A stretch of DNA of 64,000 bases, from positions 32,001 to 96,000 of the IMG/VR virus record IMGVR_UViG_3300050821_001948; one strand, 5' to 3'. The position numbers and the translations under genes are program-made. This DNA comes from a virus. Below, piece after piece: positions 11,881 through 22,239 of this stretch. Under the pieces are notes generated by a model. That model saw nothing but the letters and a program-made list of their open reading frames with translations, was not told the origin of the DNA and made no database searches. The stretch's first letter is position 1; every line of letters begins with the position of its first letter.

Positions 11881-13420
11881 AAGACTTCAATTCGGTAATA
11901 AGTTCCTCATCTGTAATCCAGCCAGTTACAGTGTAAAGCGTCGTGGGAAACAGGTCGGAATAATGCTTAAACGTACCCTCGTACACTGGCGCGTCAGCAG
12001 TTCCACTCTTACTAACCTTACGGATCTGGTTCTCTGCAAGGTTAGCCCATGAGACCACCATGGATAGTTCCGGATTTTGGAGACCCGTTAGGATCTCTCG
12101 TACAGGACCCCATCCCTCCTGCTCGAAAATCTCATTCTGGTTCCCGTTGTAATCATCCGACACTAGCAAGGGGATAATAACATCCGTTAGCCGTCCACTT
12201 GGCGTCATGCGGGTACCGCGTCCCACGCGCTGAATAATATCCACGGGTGATCTATGCATGTCGACAAACGCGACAGTATCTACGGCTGGTACGTCCACGC
12301 CCTCGCCTACCGTACGACATGAGCATAGGATATAGGCCGAATGGGCTCCATTGCCTAGGTGTTCTAGGGTTCCTAGGGCCTCATTAATCTTATCACGACT
12401 CATCTTGCCTGAAATATAGACGGCCTTAATACTGGGTCCGAAGTAGTGTTCGGAGAATCTACGTGCGGCTTCTACCGTTTGGAAGTATGCCATGACACGC
12501 TGGTTACCCTTAGAAATGGCGTTGAGGATTGCCTGTCGTGCAATAAGTTCCCGCTCAGTCATAGGCTTCCCGGCAACAGTGTGACCCGAATCCGGTCTAC
12601 CGTACTTGTCAATAGTCGTAGCAAGTGCTGCTTTACGCATTGCTTTTGTGAACGACTTAGGGGATGCCATGGCAATGTGGATTTTGTAGTCAGAGGCAAT
12701 TCCCCGAGCTACAGCATCGGTAAACTTGAACTCATATGCGCAAGGTCCAAAATGACTTTCATCCCTCATGCCAATACGCATTTCGAAGTCAGTCTTATCA
12801 GAGTGCTTTGGGGTCGCGGTGACAAACAGCTTCCGCGTACCTAGCTTGCGCCTGTAACCTTCTCGTTTCGTGGCGTTGTCAAAAGAGTGAATGGCTTGCG
12901 CGAATCGCCCAAACTCCATAGTGCTAGCACCCTTTGGAATTAAAACAGTTGCATGATGTGCTTCATCCACGATGAGAAGAACATCGTCGCGGCGGCGGCG
13001 GAGGGCATTATTACCGGCTACCTTACGGGCGAAACTGCTGTTGGTGGTAAATACGATAAGTGGTAAGCCAGATTTGACCATCTCAGTCAGATCGTCCTTG
13101 GAATCACCACTGACAACGCAGTATTGATACTCGGACGGTTCTACAACAACAGGAGGTAAGCCATTGCGTCGCAATACGTGCTGAGGGTTCTGCCACTTAA
13201 GGAGCGCCTCAGCGATGAGCGCCTTCGTCGGGAAGGTTACGACGATGATTGGCTGGGTGACAGGCTTGACGGCGCGGATTGCAGCCTCGTAACAGATGTT
13301 AGTCTTACCTGTGCCCGTAGCTGAGATGACATGGGTGTAGCGATAGCCGCCTTGGTATTTGCCAAGGATTGCTTTAACCGCCGCTCGGGCATGCTTATTG
13401 AATTCCGTTTGCTTTTCCAT
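11864..13420 (-). CDS. Superfamily 2 DEAD/DEAH-box helicase (ResIII-like)
   Basis: ATGTGKT (I), DEAHH (II), TATP (III), GEGVDVP (V), QRVGRGTR (VI). Confidence 0.9.
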   Translation of the reverse strand: MEKQTEFNKHARAAVKAILGKYQGGYRYTHVISATGTGKTNICYEAAIRAVKPVTQPIIVVTFPTKALIAEALLKWQNPQHVLRRNGLPPVVVEPSEYQYCVVSGDSKDDLTEMVKSGLPLIVFTTNSSFARKVAGNNALRRRRDDVLLIVDEAHHATVLIPKGASTMEFGRFAQAIHSFDNATKREGYRRKLGTRKLFVTATPKHSDKTDFEMRIGMRDESHFGPCAYEFKFTDAVARGIASDYKIHIAMASPKSFTKAMRKAALATTIDKYGRPDSGHTVAGKPMTERELIARQAILNAISKGNQRVMAYFQTVEAARRFSEHYFGPSIKAVYISGKMSRDKINEALGTLEHLGNGAHSAYILCSCRTVGEGVDVPAVDTVAFVDMHRSPVDIIQRVGRGTRMTPSGRLTDVIIPLLVSDDYNGNQNEIFEQEGWGPVREILTGLQNPELSMVVSWANLAENQIRKVSKSGTADAPVYEGTFKHYSDLFPTTLYTVTGWITDEELITELKSYAASK

Positions 13421-13426
13421 GATCAA

Positions 13427-13455
13427 AAAATATCCTAACGTCCGTTACTTGTCAA
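13427..13455 (-). promoter_or_regulatory. SigA-type promoter for the helicase cassette (probably leaderless)
   Basis: TTGACA-N17-TATTTT, ATG 7 nt downstream; spacer contains AACGGACGTT. Confidence 0.6.
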
Positions 13456-13683
13456 GGTTTCTTACTCACAGAATATCCCGTTCGACGCGACCACACCGCT
13501 GGCAGGTTCTGATCTGCGCATCAGCCGGAACCTGTTGCCCCTTGTAGGTGGTGGTCAGCTTAACAATGCGCCACTTGGACCAGTCATGGAATAGCCGACA
13601 GGTGGTCCGCTTCTTCTTAAGAGTGCGCTCAGCCGTTTCCCCTTCGTACTTCGAGGGGGGCGGATCATATAAACAATCTCCAC

Positions 13684-14034
13684 TCATGCCGCTTCCTCAT
13701 GTGGATACTTAACCCGAAGCGAGTCAGGGATGTAGTCCTTGTGGTTGTCAAAATCCATGATGAAGTCATGGATGGCATCCGAAAAATTGACACACTGATG
13801 GATACCTCTAACGAGAATCCCGAAGCTGTAGACGTCAACCGGGATTCCCGTTCGCAGCTTCAAATACAGGGCCACAGGACAGGATTCAGGGTAGCTAACA
13901 CCGACGATGCCGAGTTCATCCAGGAAATGGGCGACACCCTCAGGGGTTTGTGGTAGCGCGCTTAGCGCAACCTCAATCCGTCGAATCTTGCGCGCGGTTA
14001 GCTTCCTGGATATTACATCGACCAGACTCTTCAC
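13684..14034 (-). CDS. Hypothetical protein, CPVA.YL paralog family
   Basis: Motifs shared with 5454..5813. Confidence 0.75.
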   Translation of the reverse strand: MKSLVDVISRKLTARKIRRIEVALSALPQTPEGVAHFLDELGIVGVSYPESCPVALYLKLRTGIPVDVYSFGILVRGIHQCVNFSDAIHDFIMDFDNHKDYIPDSLRVKYPHEEAA

Positions 14035-14897
14035 ACGTCTGCCTTCACCTTTGTGGCTTTCTTGACAACTGTCGTCTTAGGTTTGGCGGCGCGCGCCTTC
14101 GCCGCAATCGCCCGTTCCAGATTGACTGTTAGGTCCAGCGTCGTGGCAGTATCGCCAGATTTTTCCTTCGGAGCGGTTGCATCAACCGGAGTTCCGGCTT
14201 CGACAAGCTCTTCCAGCTTCGCCCGACTCTGGTTCACGTAGTGCTCCAGCTCAAATCCTTCGACGGAAGTGTCAAGGAGCTGAGTCAGGAGGTCGACCTG
14301 CTTGGCATCTGCACCAATACCAGCCGTTGGAGCGGGCTGCTGATCCTCTGGCCACGCCAACTGAGAGATCGTCAGAGTGTCGCCGCGAACTCCTAGACGG
14401 TACAGAGCGGCCTTCGTGCGGGAAGCCCAGGTGGTCACCATTGCCAGATCTGGACGGGTCTTCAGAACCTCCACGAACAGCGCGTAGGCATTACCAGCAC
14501 CCTTAGCTGGTGACAGGTAATAAACCGATCCTGTCGGCATCAGGGAAGAGATCTCGTCGGCCGGGTGAACATTGACACTCATGCCGAACTTGACTTCATC
14601 CGGCGCCTCAAGTTCCTTCAGCTCATCCTTGGACAGGATAACGGCGGTGTTGCCGACCTTGCGCCCTCGCAGCGGAAAGTCCCGCGTAGTTCCTTCAGTG
14701 GAGCACAGGGGGCAACGGTATAACTGGTTCAACGAAGAAGGATTATGTTCACCGTGTCCACCGTCACACAGCATCGAAAGTCCCGTAGATGGTTCAGAGA
14801 CTGCTGACATGACATCGAATGAGCCTAAAGTAAGTCCACTGACACTCAGTGAAACCCCTGATCGAATCGGACTAGCCACTTTGACCACTTCCTTCAT
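14031..14897 (-). CDS. ku: Ku-like DNA end-binding protein
   Basis: Prokaryotic Ku-like layout: N-terminal strands, QLYRCPLC, RG..VG...VILSKDEL.EL, YYLSP, basic Lys-rich tail. Confidence 0.7.
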   Translation of the reverse strand: MKEVVKVASPIRSGVSLSVSGLTLGSFDVMSAVSEPSTGLSMLCDGGHGEHNPSSLNQLYRCPLCSTEGTTRDFPLRGRKVGNTAVILSKDELKELEAPDEVKFGMSVNVHPADEISSLMPTGSVYYLSPAKGAGNAYALFVEVLKTRPDLAMVTTWASRTKAALYRLGVRGDTLTISQLAWPEDQQPAPTAGIGADAKQVDLLTQLLDTSVEGFELEHYVNQSRAKLEELVEAGTPVDATAPKEKSGDTATTLDLTVNLERAIAAKARAAKPKTTVVKKATKVKADV

Positions 14898-14961
14898 TCT
14901 ACTCGGCGTAGAAATTGTACCGCTACCAGCCTTCCCTGACCAGTAGCGGTAGATCTATAGT

Positions 14962-15065
14962 TGCTGGAGCCCCGATTTGCACGGGGGTCTCCTCGGGCTA
15001 ATCGCTTCACCACCTAGGTGGTTAGGCGACTCCTCGGGCTCTAGGCTACTGAGCTACATCCAACA
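14962..15065 (-). ncRNA. tRNA-like RNA with anticodon arm replaced by a long hairpin
   Basis: D arm TAGCTCAGTAGCCTAGAGC, T-like arm CCCCG-TGCAAAT-CGGGG, acceptor GTTGGA(T)G/CTCCAGC. Confidence 0.6.
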
Positions 15066-16510
15066 ACAAAACTATCGTTCCACAAGGCTTAGCAGTTGTC
15101 AAGACTTCTCTGGTCGAATATTGATCGGAGGGCTGTCTGGGTATTCGCTGACGACACCTGTGGCGCGGATGAAGTCCCAGTTGTTTCGGTCGAGCCGATT
15201 ACCGTTATTCTGAATCAACTCTAGAGCCTTCAGCCGATTCGCTGTCTGAAGCTCAGTTGCAATAGTTGAAAGCGTGTACTGGATTTCTACCGCTCTTTCG
15301 TTGTCCATGTTTACTCTCCAAGTTGCAGATAAACCATTCGACCTTTTGCACTAACAGTGGAGTAACGTTCGACTAGCCCATCTGCCGCGTTTTTACACGA
15401 CCAACTTTTTCCACGAGCCTTCACTCGAAGTTCGCGTCATCTAAAATGCGAACACCGTCGACTGCTTCAACCCCTGACAACTCACACGGATTTCCGATCT
15501 CACAACAGCAACAAGCACTATCACTGAATCCAGCCCATCCAACATCGTGAAAACAACAAACATGAAATGTGTCACCCATTGGAGTTCCTCTCAGTTTGCG
15601 TGCGGATCTGCCACTAAAACACCATCGACAGCGAAGTATTCAAGAAATTCGTGCTCAAGTTTCTCGATACACATTTTGCGTACCTTGTGAATAACTTCAC
15701 CCTCAGTAAAGTCTGGATGCACTGAAACCGTTGACGTAACGGCAATCGGTTTACCAGTGTAAACGTCTGCCGCTAGCATGTGTGACTGAATCTGAAACTG
15801 ATACGTGTTCAGAAAATCTGCCGGGGATCTCACTTCGAGCCACATTTCCGGTGGCAGTGTGATGCGCGCACAAAGTTCTTCCAGCCTAACAAAATCAGCG
15901 TAGTGGTCCCGAACGGTCACTTTCCAGCGCGCCAAACATTAACCGTTGCAGCTAGAGCGAAAATCGGCCACAGTAGGAAGATTGCTGTTTTCCAACCGCC
16001 TGAGACCGGCTTACTGTTAGCCGTTGTCATCCGAGCCATTGTGGCGCCGACGAAAAGATAGAAGGCGACAATCCCTAATACCGCCCAGACCATTATAGCT
16101 CCGACAATGCTAGTTGTGTCAGCTCATCATCCAGATAAGAAATGGCGAGCACGACGCCCTCATTCTTACCAAGTAGGCGCCGCTGGTCGTCCGGAGATGT
16201 GCAGCTCGTAGCCAGATTGATTAAAGCTAGGGATGCATGATCCAAACGGGAGCGCAGACTCAACAGAGTCTGTCTCGTGACTGCATCCATCAGCTCAAAT
16301 CCAACAGTTCAACTTCATCGAGCGAATCGATAATCTGACGGGCAATAGCTTGCGTGCCTAGGCCATCGGGGGTTAGGCCCGGAATATTAGAGGCTAGCAC
16401 CGAACAAACAATACCGATAGCGTTGTTACGCGCCCCTGTGTACTTCTCAGCTTGGGCCGCGATGTATCGATCCACAAAATCGGAAGTGGCGGGTTCGCGA
16501 GATGCGCTCA

Positions 16511-17149
16511 TCAGTAGTCCTCATCCTCGTACTCGTCGTAGTACTCCCCATTGTCGCCATTATACCAGCAGCGCTTAACGGTTTCCTGTAAGACTGACAG
16601 GACTGAACCCGAGGCGATCTCATCCCAGGGACCACCGTTAGCGATCTCATCCCAGGAACCGGAGGCCGTCTTTATTAGCATAGCTGTACCGTCAAGGCTT
16701 ACGGTAAGATTGTAGAAGCCGTACTGACCACAGGTGTGTTCGAGGAAGCTATAACGAACATACTCGTGTTCTAGTGCAAATTCCTTGCTGAGCTTCTTAA
16801 GTCCTGCCGCCAACTTTTTGATATCGGTGTCTTTTTCAACGATCAACATGGGCTCTGGTTGAACGGCCTCATTGTTGTCATTGACTTCGCAGCCAATCCC
16901 ATAGACCTCGGGAACCAGATTCTTTGCGAACACCAGAAGTTTTTCTTCAGCGGCGATATTTCCCACCCCTCTAGACCAGGATGCCTGAACCAGCTCGCGG
17001 AGTGAGAGATCCTTGGTTGTAACCCATTCGGTCATGAGGGATGAACGGAGATCCCTTAGTTCACGCCACTTACCGTTCAGGACAGCAATTTCCTGCCACA
17101 AGGTTTCCATCTCAACGTCGGTTTGCGCGATGCGCTCAAGGGTGCTCAT
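16511..17149 (-). CDS. Hypothetical protein
   Basis: 212 aa ORF coupled to neighbours, acidic C-terminus. Confidence 0.7.
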   Translation of the reverse strand: MSTLERIAQTDVEMETLWQEIAVLNGKWRELRDLRSSLMTEWVTTKDLSLRELVQASWSRGVGNIAAEEKLLVFAKNLVPEVYGIGCEVNDNNEAVQPEPMLIVEKDTDIKKLAAGLKKLSKEFALEHEYVRYSFLEHTCGQYGFYNLTVSLDGTAMLIKTASGSWDEIANGGPWDEIASGSVLSVLQETVKRCWYNGDNGEYYDEYEDEDY

Positions 17150-17694
17150 GAAGCATCCTCCGGGTGGCGGCGATCCCAGTCTTCCAGCCGAGTCTCTACC
17201 CGAAGCTTGGCCACATTCGTGGACCAGGGAACAACCAGCAACGATCCATCGTACACGTGGACATTGAGCTGCTCTTCGTCGGGTTCTACCTTGATGTCAA
17301 TACGGCGGTTCTCACCAAGAAGGAAGCGAATCGTAGGGGATTTTCCGATCGGCTGACCATTCTCCTGAGAAGACCTGTATGGGTCTAGGAATGTGTTCGC
17401 ATCCCCCTCATCGGTCTGACTGAAAAGACGCCCTTCGAGCGATTCGATCTCAGCCTGGAGCTGCGAGATGTACCGCTGCGCCCACTTAGGAAGATTCTCA
17501 GTATCTCCCACGAAAGGTCCACGTGTTACAAGCATGACTAGCTCCTCCCGATTATGGATTCTAAATCACTGATAACACCATAAAGGATATCAGCCCGGTG
17601 GTCTGCCATTCTACGGGTGTATCCATCCTCATCAATGCAGCGAGCTGTATAGGAGGCTCGCTCTGCTTTTTCTTGATAGCCAAGAATGAGATCT

Positions 17695-18360
17695 TCAATC
17701 TCTTCGTTTACTGTCACGATTCCTCCTATCGGTAGTTCGCTTACGGTGACAAATTGCACAAACAAGATCACACTTCGCGAGTTCTGCTAGAACCTTTTCT
17801 TTTGAGAGCTGGACCATTTTAGAGGGGGTATATAACTTAACCTCCCCATCACGGTGATCCCATTCCATGGCATGAGGATGATGTTTAACCCCACAATCCA
17901 TGCAAGGGAAGTCTTTAAGTGAATTGAACCACTCCCGGCTTCTTTCTCGGGAGCGACGTTGACTTGCTAAGGCGCGTTCTCTATTCGACCCAGTACGATT
18001 CCTACGCGCCTTTTCTCTATTATGTTCCCTATGGGCTTCATCCCATAATCTAGTCTTTTCTTTATGTCGTGCTCTACTTTCTTCTGGAGTTAATAGAACA
18101 CGCGGAACAACACTCTCAGGATTCTTTTTACGTCGATAAGCCCTCTGTTTAGCGCGCGCTGCTTCTGGATCGGCTAACCTACGCTCTAATTGATAAGCTA
18201 ATCTTATTTCTCGATTAGCTAAATAAGTAGCTCGGGCTTTTTCCTTTGTTCTAGCCGCATAGTCCGCGTCGGTATCAAGCCTATTTCTTCGATACTCTCT
18301 CTGTTTAGTGTTTCGCAGCTCTAACTCTTGAGGGGTTAGTTCGCTAGCGAGGCGCGTCAT
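17695..18360 (-). CDS. HNH endonuclease with Arg-rich N-terminus
   Basis: CMDCG...WDH...KCDLVCAICHRKRT; AT-richer than neighbours. Confidence 0.85.
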   Translation of the reverse strand: MTRLASELTPQELELRNTKQREYRRNRLDTDADYAARTKEKARATYLANREIRLAYQLERRLADPEAARAKQRAYRRKKNPESVVPRVLLTPEESRARHKEKTRLWDEAHREHNREKARRNRTGSNRERALASQRRSRERSREWFNSLKDFPCMDCGVKHHPHAMEWDHRDGEVKLYTPSKMVQLSKEKVLAELAKCDLVCAICHRKRTTDRRNRDSKRRD

Positions 18361-18384
18361 GAGAGGAAGAATAGCATAGCATAA

Positions 18385-19377
18385 CTAGGCTATCAACGAG
18401 TGTCCTGCTGCTAATTTTATCGCCTCCTCCTTTTCTGCTCGAAGAAGGTCATTAGCCCTTCTAACACCCGAGCCAGAGAGTCGACGTCCAGCCTTGAGCT
18501 TGAGGATGTAGCCTCGCTTAACAAGAACGCGCTCGACGGCATCGACACCGCCAGGCGCATTCAGAACCTCTGCTACGGCCGACCGACCCAGGCCATCTGG
18601 GAAGCGGAGAAGCGTAGTAAGGTAGTCCCGCGCCATCTTATCGAGCCCGTCGCAGGTGAGGTTCATTAGCTCAAGGGTCTCCGAGATGGAGTAAGAACCA
18701 TCCTTCGGCGCGTTATTCGAACAGATGGCAAGATCGCGGATGTTAGCAAGAATCTGCTTGGCAAGACGTGGGTTATTATCTGCGGCAGTTGCCACAAGCC
18801 CAAGAGTCTCATCGTTCGGAAGTGGAAGCGCGCCGAAGAGGCGACTCGTCATCCCCTTGGCGATCAAGGTCGCTTCGTCGTGGGTGTAGTCCACGAGAAC
18901 CGGACGGAGCTGGAAGCGGGTCAGGATCGTGTCAGGGAGCTTACCCACCTCGTTGGTGCAGGCAATAATGCAAACCTTCGGCATCTCTTCCTCACCAGCG
19001 GCAGTCACGATCACACCATCTTGAAGAAAGTTAAGCGCCCAGGAAAGTTTTGCCTTGCCGCCAACTACGGCGTCACCGAACTCATCCCATAAAAGGATGT
19101 CCCCATCCTCCATGCTAAGGAGGATCTGCCGCGCCTCGTTAGCCCGTACGGGACCAGCGACCACCTTGATCTGCTTCTGCATCTCACGGGCCGCGAGCAC
19201 CGCCAGCGTGGTCTTACCATTCCCGCTTGTACCCTCAAGAAGGGTGTGCGGCATGGTTACTCCACGACTACGCGCGGACGTAGCGGCGATCTGGAGCTGG
19301 CGCTTCACGAGCGGCTGCCCGATGTAGTCGTCCCACTTCAGATCGTAGTCCGGATTTTCAAGAAGTGACTCACTCAC
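18385..19377 (-). CDS. ruvB: RuvB-like Holliday junction branch-migration AAA+ ATPase
   Basis: WDDYIGQ, HTLLEGTSGNGKTTLA, WDE, TNEVGKL...RF, NPR, E..L...GYI; GTG start with GGGAG RBS. Confidence 0.85.
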   Translation of the reverse strand: MSESLLENPDYDLKWDDYIGQPLVKRQLQIAATSARSRGVTMPHTLLEGTSGNGKTTLAVLAAREMQKQIKVVAGPVRANEARQILLSMEDGDILLWDEFGDAVVGGKAKLSWALNFLQDGVIVTAAGEEEMPKVCIIACTNEVGKLPDTILTRFQLRPVLVDYTHDEATLIAKGMTSRLFGALPLPNDETLGLVATAADNNPRLAKQILANIRDLAICSNNAPKDGSYSISETLELMNLTCDGLDKMARDYLTTLLRFPDGLGRSAVAEVLNAPGGVDAVERVLVKRGYILKLKAGRRLSGSGVRRANDLLRAEKEEAIKLAAGHSLIA

Positions 19378-20289
19378 AATTGTCTCCCTAGCAAAAGATT
19401 CTGTATGCGAACAGAAACTTGACTCAGTGAACCACGTCAAGACTATCCTGTCAACGCGGCGATTTATACAGCTCGATCCGGATGTCTCCAGCGAGGTCTT
19501 CCTCGGTCCAACCGATCTGGCGGTCTGTGATGAGCCAATCCAGGGCTTCCCATACGGTGTCAGTGCTATGAAGCCACACATCATTCAGGAAGATGAGATA
19601 CACATCGTTCTTCATAGCTTCTCCTTGTCGAGACAGATTAAACTTAACCAAGCGCCTGACGCAAACGCGATGACGAACGCATGCTCATTGTCAGCGTCGC
19701 CCTGAAAGAGGAGAACGCCGCCGCCGTTGATTTCAAAAGCCCCAGCCAGCACGCCTTCAGTACTGCCGTCAGCCAGCCTGACCTCATAGTGGAACTGTTT
19801 CACAACTTCTCCTTTGTGGGGGTAATGCCCCATACTTCGGATAATAGGACAGCGACACCATTGAACAGCTTAGCCAGTTCCGCGCCGGTCCATACCCTGT
19901 TGGGCTCTTCAGCGAATACTTTACTCAGACCGTCAATGCAATCGAGTACGCCTTGACGGGGCGTTGCTACTGTCGGCCATGCAAACCAGTCACCGAATAG
20001 CGATCCATCCACGAATTCTCCTAAGAACTGTACAGGGGCTTAACGTCGAAATGAATCTGCCCGTACTTTTCAATACCGGCAGCCCCGATGACCGTTTCTG
20101 CCGCGAACGCGGCCTGTTCTTTCCGCGTTTCAGCGAATGCGAAAGCGTCTTCAGCGTGGAAGAATGGCCCGATCACGAGAACATCAGACGGCTTGTCTGT
20201 GTCCTGATAGAAGTAGACACACCACGGCCCGTCGATGGTTTCAACGGCTAGTTCGACCTTAGCCTCATCCAGAATCTCTTTTATTCCCA

Positions 20290-20646
20290 TCAAACCTCCT
20301 CAAAGTCGTTCTGCAAAGCGTACTCAGCCTGCGCTAGCGCAATCCCCCACGGGTTCCCGTTATCCTGCATGTTCTGCACGACATCAGCGTAATGGGCCAC
20401 ATCTGAGTTCTTTTCAAAAACGGGAATGTCCCTAGCCGCGCATGCATCGTCTACACTGTCACCGTCCCATTCAGTGAGCTGAGAAAGTGATATGCCGAGA
20501 CGGTAGAGTGCCTGACCGATAAGGCAGGATGGCTGATCTCCGTCGACGTATCTACAGACTCCATCTTCGGGTTGATAGACGACGTCCGGGCCAGCTTCCT
20601 CGACAACATCGTGCACTGCCATACGAAGTTCTTCAAGCTCGATCAT
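20290..20646 (-). CDS. Hypothetical protein, paralog of 2364..2732
   Basis: Shared PSCLIG and QD.G..WG motifs. Confidence 0.75.
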   Translation of the reverse strand: MIELEELRMAVHDVVEEAGPDVVYQPEDGVCRYVDGDQPSCLIGQALYRLGISLSQLTEWDGDSVDDACAARDIPVFEKNSDVAHYADVVQNMQDNGNPWGIALAQAEYALQNDFEEV

Positions 20647-21407
20647 CGGACGCGCTCCTTCATTGTCGGCTGCAAATTGATACCTTTCAGGATATTAGAT
20701 CTAAGATCTTCGCCCGCGCACTGAAGAAGCCTCAGCGTCGCTTCTAGGTCCAGTTCAAACATCTTGGCAAGCTCCTCCCTACGCCTCTCTGCCGAGACAG
20801 CTCCAACGAGGGGAGCCATGGCGGGATCTTCTAGCGCCCGCTGAATGTCGTCGTCCCACTCAAAGGCCAGCTTCACTGAGAACCGCATCACGCGGAGAAC
20901 CCTCAGTGCGTCTTCCCTGAAGCGTTCCTGAGCTGAACCAACCGCGCGCAGCATGCCGCTATAAAGGTCATGCTGACCACCAAAGGGATCGTACAGGACG
21001 CCCTCAGCATCCATGGCGATGGAATTGATCGTCAGATCGCGGCGCCCTTGGTCTTGAAGGAGAGTCCCGCGCTCTACCGTGTCAGGCCGACGACCATCGC
21101 TATACGCGCCATCTTTTCGACAGAGCACGAAGTCAGCGGTGATCTTGCTGAAGTCATGGCCCGCGAATGACCAGCCACCCTTAGGACAGTGCGCGCGTAC
21201 GGTGAAATAGCTCGGTGATTCCAAATACGTCTCGAAACCCTCATCACACAACCATTCCACCATGTCCTGGTATGAGTCAGCCTCAACACTGAAGTCGAAG
21301 TCGTGCGGGCGAATACCTAGAAGTCTATCCCTGACTGCGCCGCCCACAAGGTAGGGCGTAATCTCACTCACTGGCGGCAGGTACGTAATAAGCGATGATA
21401 GTTCCAT
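20643..21407 (-). CDS. cca: CCA-adding tRNA nucleotidyltransferase (class II)
   Basis: YLVGGAVRD..L...DFD, RRDLTINSIA, DPFGG, F.EDALRVLR. Confidence 0.9.
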   Translation of the reverse strand: MELSSLITYLPPVSEITPYLVGGAVRDRLLGIRPHDFDFSVEADSYQDMVEWLCDEGFETYLESPSYFTVRAHCPKGGWSFAGHDFSKITADFVLCRKDGAYSDGRRPDTVERGTLLQDQGRRDLTINSIAMDAEGVLYDPFGGQHDLYSGMLRAVGSAQERFREDALRVLRVMRFSVKLAFEWDDDIQRALEDPAMAPLVGAVSAERRREELAKMFELDLEATLRLLQCAGEDLRSNILKGINLQPTMKERVR

Positions 21408-21575
21408 CCTCTAACGTATTAGTGTGCTCAAGGACGAGAATTCCCATGCGGATCAGCGTTGTTATATCATCTCCGCGAATGGAATCGGTCCAGCCTTTCG
21501 GGCCGACTATTCGGCAGATCACGCTGGGGTTCGGGGTAATTTCCTGCTCTGTCCCGAAGTTGTACTTCTTTTCGT

Positions 21576-21881
21576 TCATGAAATTACCAGATCCGGGTAT
21601 CGCCCCTTGTCAAAGGAGCGGATGAAGTCACTTACCGGGGTGGGAAGCTTGACGTAGGTAGCATGTTCACTCGACGTTGGCGGAGTAAAATAAGCCGCCG
21701 ATGTGATGACGTTGACCGTAGTCCCTTCATTCCGGTATGTCAGATACTTGGCAATCGGGCAACCACAGGGATTCATTCGTTCACCCTTGAGGTTTACGCC
21801 GTTCCTGTCCATCTCGCCGCGAAGGAGCTTAGCCACGGCGGGCGATGTCTTGCATGCACTCAGTGCCTCAATACCGTTCAT
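21576..21881 (-). CDS. Hypothetical protein, CPIA.YL paralog family
   Basis: Motifs shared with 5454..5813. Confidence 0.7.
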   Translation of the reverse strand: MNGIEALSACKTSPAVAKLLRGEMDRNGVNLKGERMNPCGCPIAKYLTYRNEGTTVNVITSAAYFTPPTSSEHATYVKLPTPVSDFIRSFDKGRYPDLVIS

Positions 21882-22239
21882 ACCAGCTTCACCTGCGCCT
21901 CCAAGTATTCTTGAACCCGTGTCAGGCTGATGATTGTAGCCTCGACGTCCAAGAGTGACCAGCGGGCTCGCGCATATTCTGAGTACGGCTTCCCATAGGA
22001 CGGAACCGCGTACCTAAGGTCAAACACGGCGCAGTCGGCCTTCTTCTCGTCGCGGAGTCCTTCAAGGACAACTTTTACATCACGAAGCTGCTTGAGCTTG
22101 CTCTTTAAAACCACTTTATCCATGTTACCCACACTCTCTGTGATAATCAGTAACTCTAAGTAATAGTGCTTTAATGTCAAGCAACCTTCCGATAACTCCA
22201 GTAGACCACTACAGGAAAAATTATTGGGAGCTGCAAAAA

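Noticed and set aside
19378-19584. N-terminal 69 aa extension of the RuvB ORF
   Set aside because: Overlaps another gene; an RBS supports the GTG at 19377
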